The notes below the pieces were generated by a model. The model was given only the letters and a program-made list of their open reading frames with translations. It was not told the origin of the DNA and made no database searches. DNA of 64,000 nucleotides from Amphiscolops sp. MND2022 (Eukaryota): positions 55,802,001 to 55,866,000 of the forward strand of contig OZ076409.1 of NCBI GenBank assembly GCA_964187785.1. Reading direction: 5' to 3'. Of the stretch, positions 62,001 to 64,000 are shown in pieces. How positions within the stretch are numbered: position 1 is the stretch's first letter; every line of letters starts with the position of its first letter. Position numbers and translations under genes: made by a program.

Positions 62001-64000
62001 TGCCGAATCTTCCCCTAAGTGGAGGATTTGAAAATGTCCTAACAGCAATTGACGTATTCTCTAGATATTTGTTCGCCTATCCTCTTACGGACGCATCGGC
62101 GATCAACGTAGCAAAAGCCCTCATTGACATTATGACTAAGCACGCATATTTACCGACAACACTTATTACTGACAAGGGTACTGCATTTACGTCCACGATC
62201 ATTGCGGAAATTACGCAAATTTTGGGCATAACACTCAAATGTGCAACAACAAAACACCCACAAACAATTGGGAAACTGGAGCGGACCCATGCCTCGCTGA
62301 AAACAAACCTCAAAATGCCATGTGGAGAGTACCGCCGACAATGGCACAAATACTTGCCACTAGCAGTACTAAATCACAACACTAGTTATCATGCCAGCAT
62401 CGGTTGTGAGCCGACGAGAGTATTTCATGGAAGAATTCCATATAATATCTTGGATCACAAGCTTGGAAATAATCCAAACGAGCAAGTCAACCCAACAACC
62501 GAATTTGCTGAAGAAATCCAAAACCGGACAAAAATCCTGATTGACAAAACAAAGCAGAACATTATGCAGTCGTATATCAAGTAAAAAGAATATTACGACC
62601 GCAAAGCAAAAGCTGCTCCATTAAAGGAGAATGATTACTGTTTCGTCTTACAGCCGAAAGCGGATCATCAAGGATCAAGAATCCCATTCCGCGATTATCG
62701 TTGAGTTGGACCATTTGTAATCCAAAAAGTCCTGCCTAATGAAAGGTATATCGTACGACGACTTAATACAAACAAAACTCAAATATTGCACTGAATTCGC
62801 CTCAAAAAGTTTGTCCCCAAGCAACCGCTTGAGGACAATTTCCGAGAACAGCAATTACAGCCTGATGAAGAGATTGTCATTCTGCAAGATGACTTATATA
62901 TCATAACGTGGGAAACAGACTTTGGCGAGCAGCTAATTACACGAGGACACAATCCTATTCCGACTAGCATGCCGAACGGCGAACGGCCGAATGCGGCAGA
63001 ACCGAGTCACAGTGACGTAGACGAGAACGAAGCGGATTACATAATCACGCGAGTAGAATTAAACAACGTCAATGCGACGCACAGCCAGAACGACCGCTTA
63101 AGTGATGACGTCACTAAAAGAAATGAAACTACTACAGTGACAGAAAATGAAGAATCTGATTGGCCGAATCTGGCCGTTTCCCCAAAAAACCAAGAAAAAC
63201 CCTTGCCGAATACCGCAGATAGACCGGAAAACGATGAAATTTTTTCAGAAAGAAACTTGGCGAATGAAAACGATACACAAAATTCTCCAAACAGGGGGGA
63301 TGATATTATCGTGCCCGAAATATCTGAAAACGATGCTAGAAATGAAAGTCTGAGCCCTAAAGGAGGGAGGTATAATCTCAGGCCTAATCCCAACCCAAAC
63401 TACTCAGAAGACTTCAGATACTAAGAATTGAATTTTCCCGCAAATGGGAGTTCTTTTCTTTATCTTTTGTGTTTTTTTTCGGCCCCTCTGACATCTTCTG
63501 AATAAATAATGGGGCATTCTAAAGGGTCCCTTGCAAAAGAGAATAAATATGGGACCAAGAAACCAAGAAACAAAATAGAAATAAATAAAACAGCAAAGAA
63601 ATTAACAAAGTTTACAGTCAGAGTGTACATATATACATATGTACAAATTACTACTTCGGCGACCCTTGCCTAGAGACACTCTTTACAGAAGAAGACGTGG
63701 ACTTGGTTCCAACACTACCAGAACGCTTTCTCTTCAAGCTACTAGGGATGTCCAAGGCAGGCTGCTTGCTTAAGGCACTGGACGACGCAGTCTCTTCCAC
63801 AGTCCTGACGCTGGCAGAAGGGGCAACAGAAGCAGCCTTGTACGACGATAACAGAGACTTATAAATCCGAGACCGCCCAAACGAATCGACAAAAGTCCAT
63901 GGATCGTAGTCGTTAGCGAAGGCGGCTCGTCCAAAATCCACAGATAAGAGCGAGAACTTTGCCAGGCTATCATCGCTGCTACAGTGGGCAACTGAGTCAG
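56005..64000 (+). mobile_element. Disabled Ty3/Gypsy LTR element related in pol to the 2697-16975 element; runs off the window edge
   Basis: gag at 56521-58262 (frameshifted; CCHC knuckle CNYCKEKGHMVKDC) and slippery A AAA AAC at 58223-58229. pol remnants to 63424: LIDTGA, KLRLLVDLRKIN, YVDD, TDAS, integrase H..H/C..C and DDE core, with several stops and frameshifts. The 5' LTR is only tentatively placed at ~56005-56461 because its partner is outside the window. Confidence 0.9.
63651..63998 (-). CDS. 3' part of an antisense ORF downstream of pol in the third Gypsy element
   Basis: The frame is open from the window edge (DSVAHCSSDDSLAKFSLLSVDFGRAAFANDYDPW...) to the stop at 63651. It has a Ser-rich tail containing LKRKR. 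Confidence 0.5.
   Translation of the reverse strand, partial: DSVAHCSSDDSLAKFSLLSVDFGRAAFANDYDPWTFVDSFGRSRIYKSLLSSYKAASVAPSASVRTVEETASSSALSKQPALDIPSSLKRKRSGSVGTKSTSSSVKSVSRQGSPK

Overview
AT-rich, intron-containing, transposon-dense eukaryotic DNA that looks like an invertebrate animal genome; the species cannot be read from the sequence. Two host genes are partly present: the last two exons of a GDP-mannose 3,5-epimerase-like gene (+, 331-1190) and six 3' exons of an SLC2A/GLUT-like sugar transporter (-, 29476-49884). The main feature is a young, complete 14.3-kb Ty3/Gypsy retrovirus-like element (-, 2697-16975) with ~320-bp LTRs differing at about 3 positions and a perfect CTATG target-site duplication. 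It has gag, a -1 frameshift pol and a class I fusion-type env. It also carries unusual cargo: an antisense three-exon gene for a JmjC-domain protein with an intact H-x-E...H metal triad and a basic NLS-like tail, a TARG1/OARD1-like macrodomain fused behind the integrase, an antisense small secreted-peptide ORF and two orphan sense ORFs. The JmjC gene is a candidate element-encoded anti-silencing histone demethylase. The rest of the window holds a decayed, partly duplicated BEL/Pao element with a 237-bp hairpin, two more decayed Gypsy elements (one with its own antisense ORF), MULE and hAT transposons and MITEs, and Helentron/DINE-1-like repeats. All protein family calls come from motif recognition by eye, not database searches.
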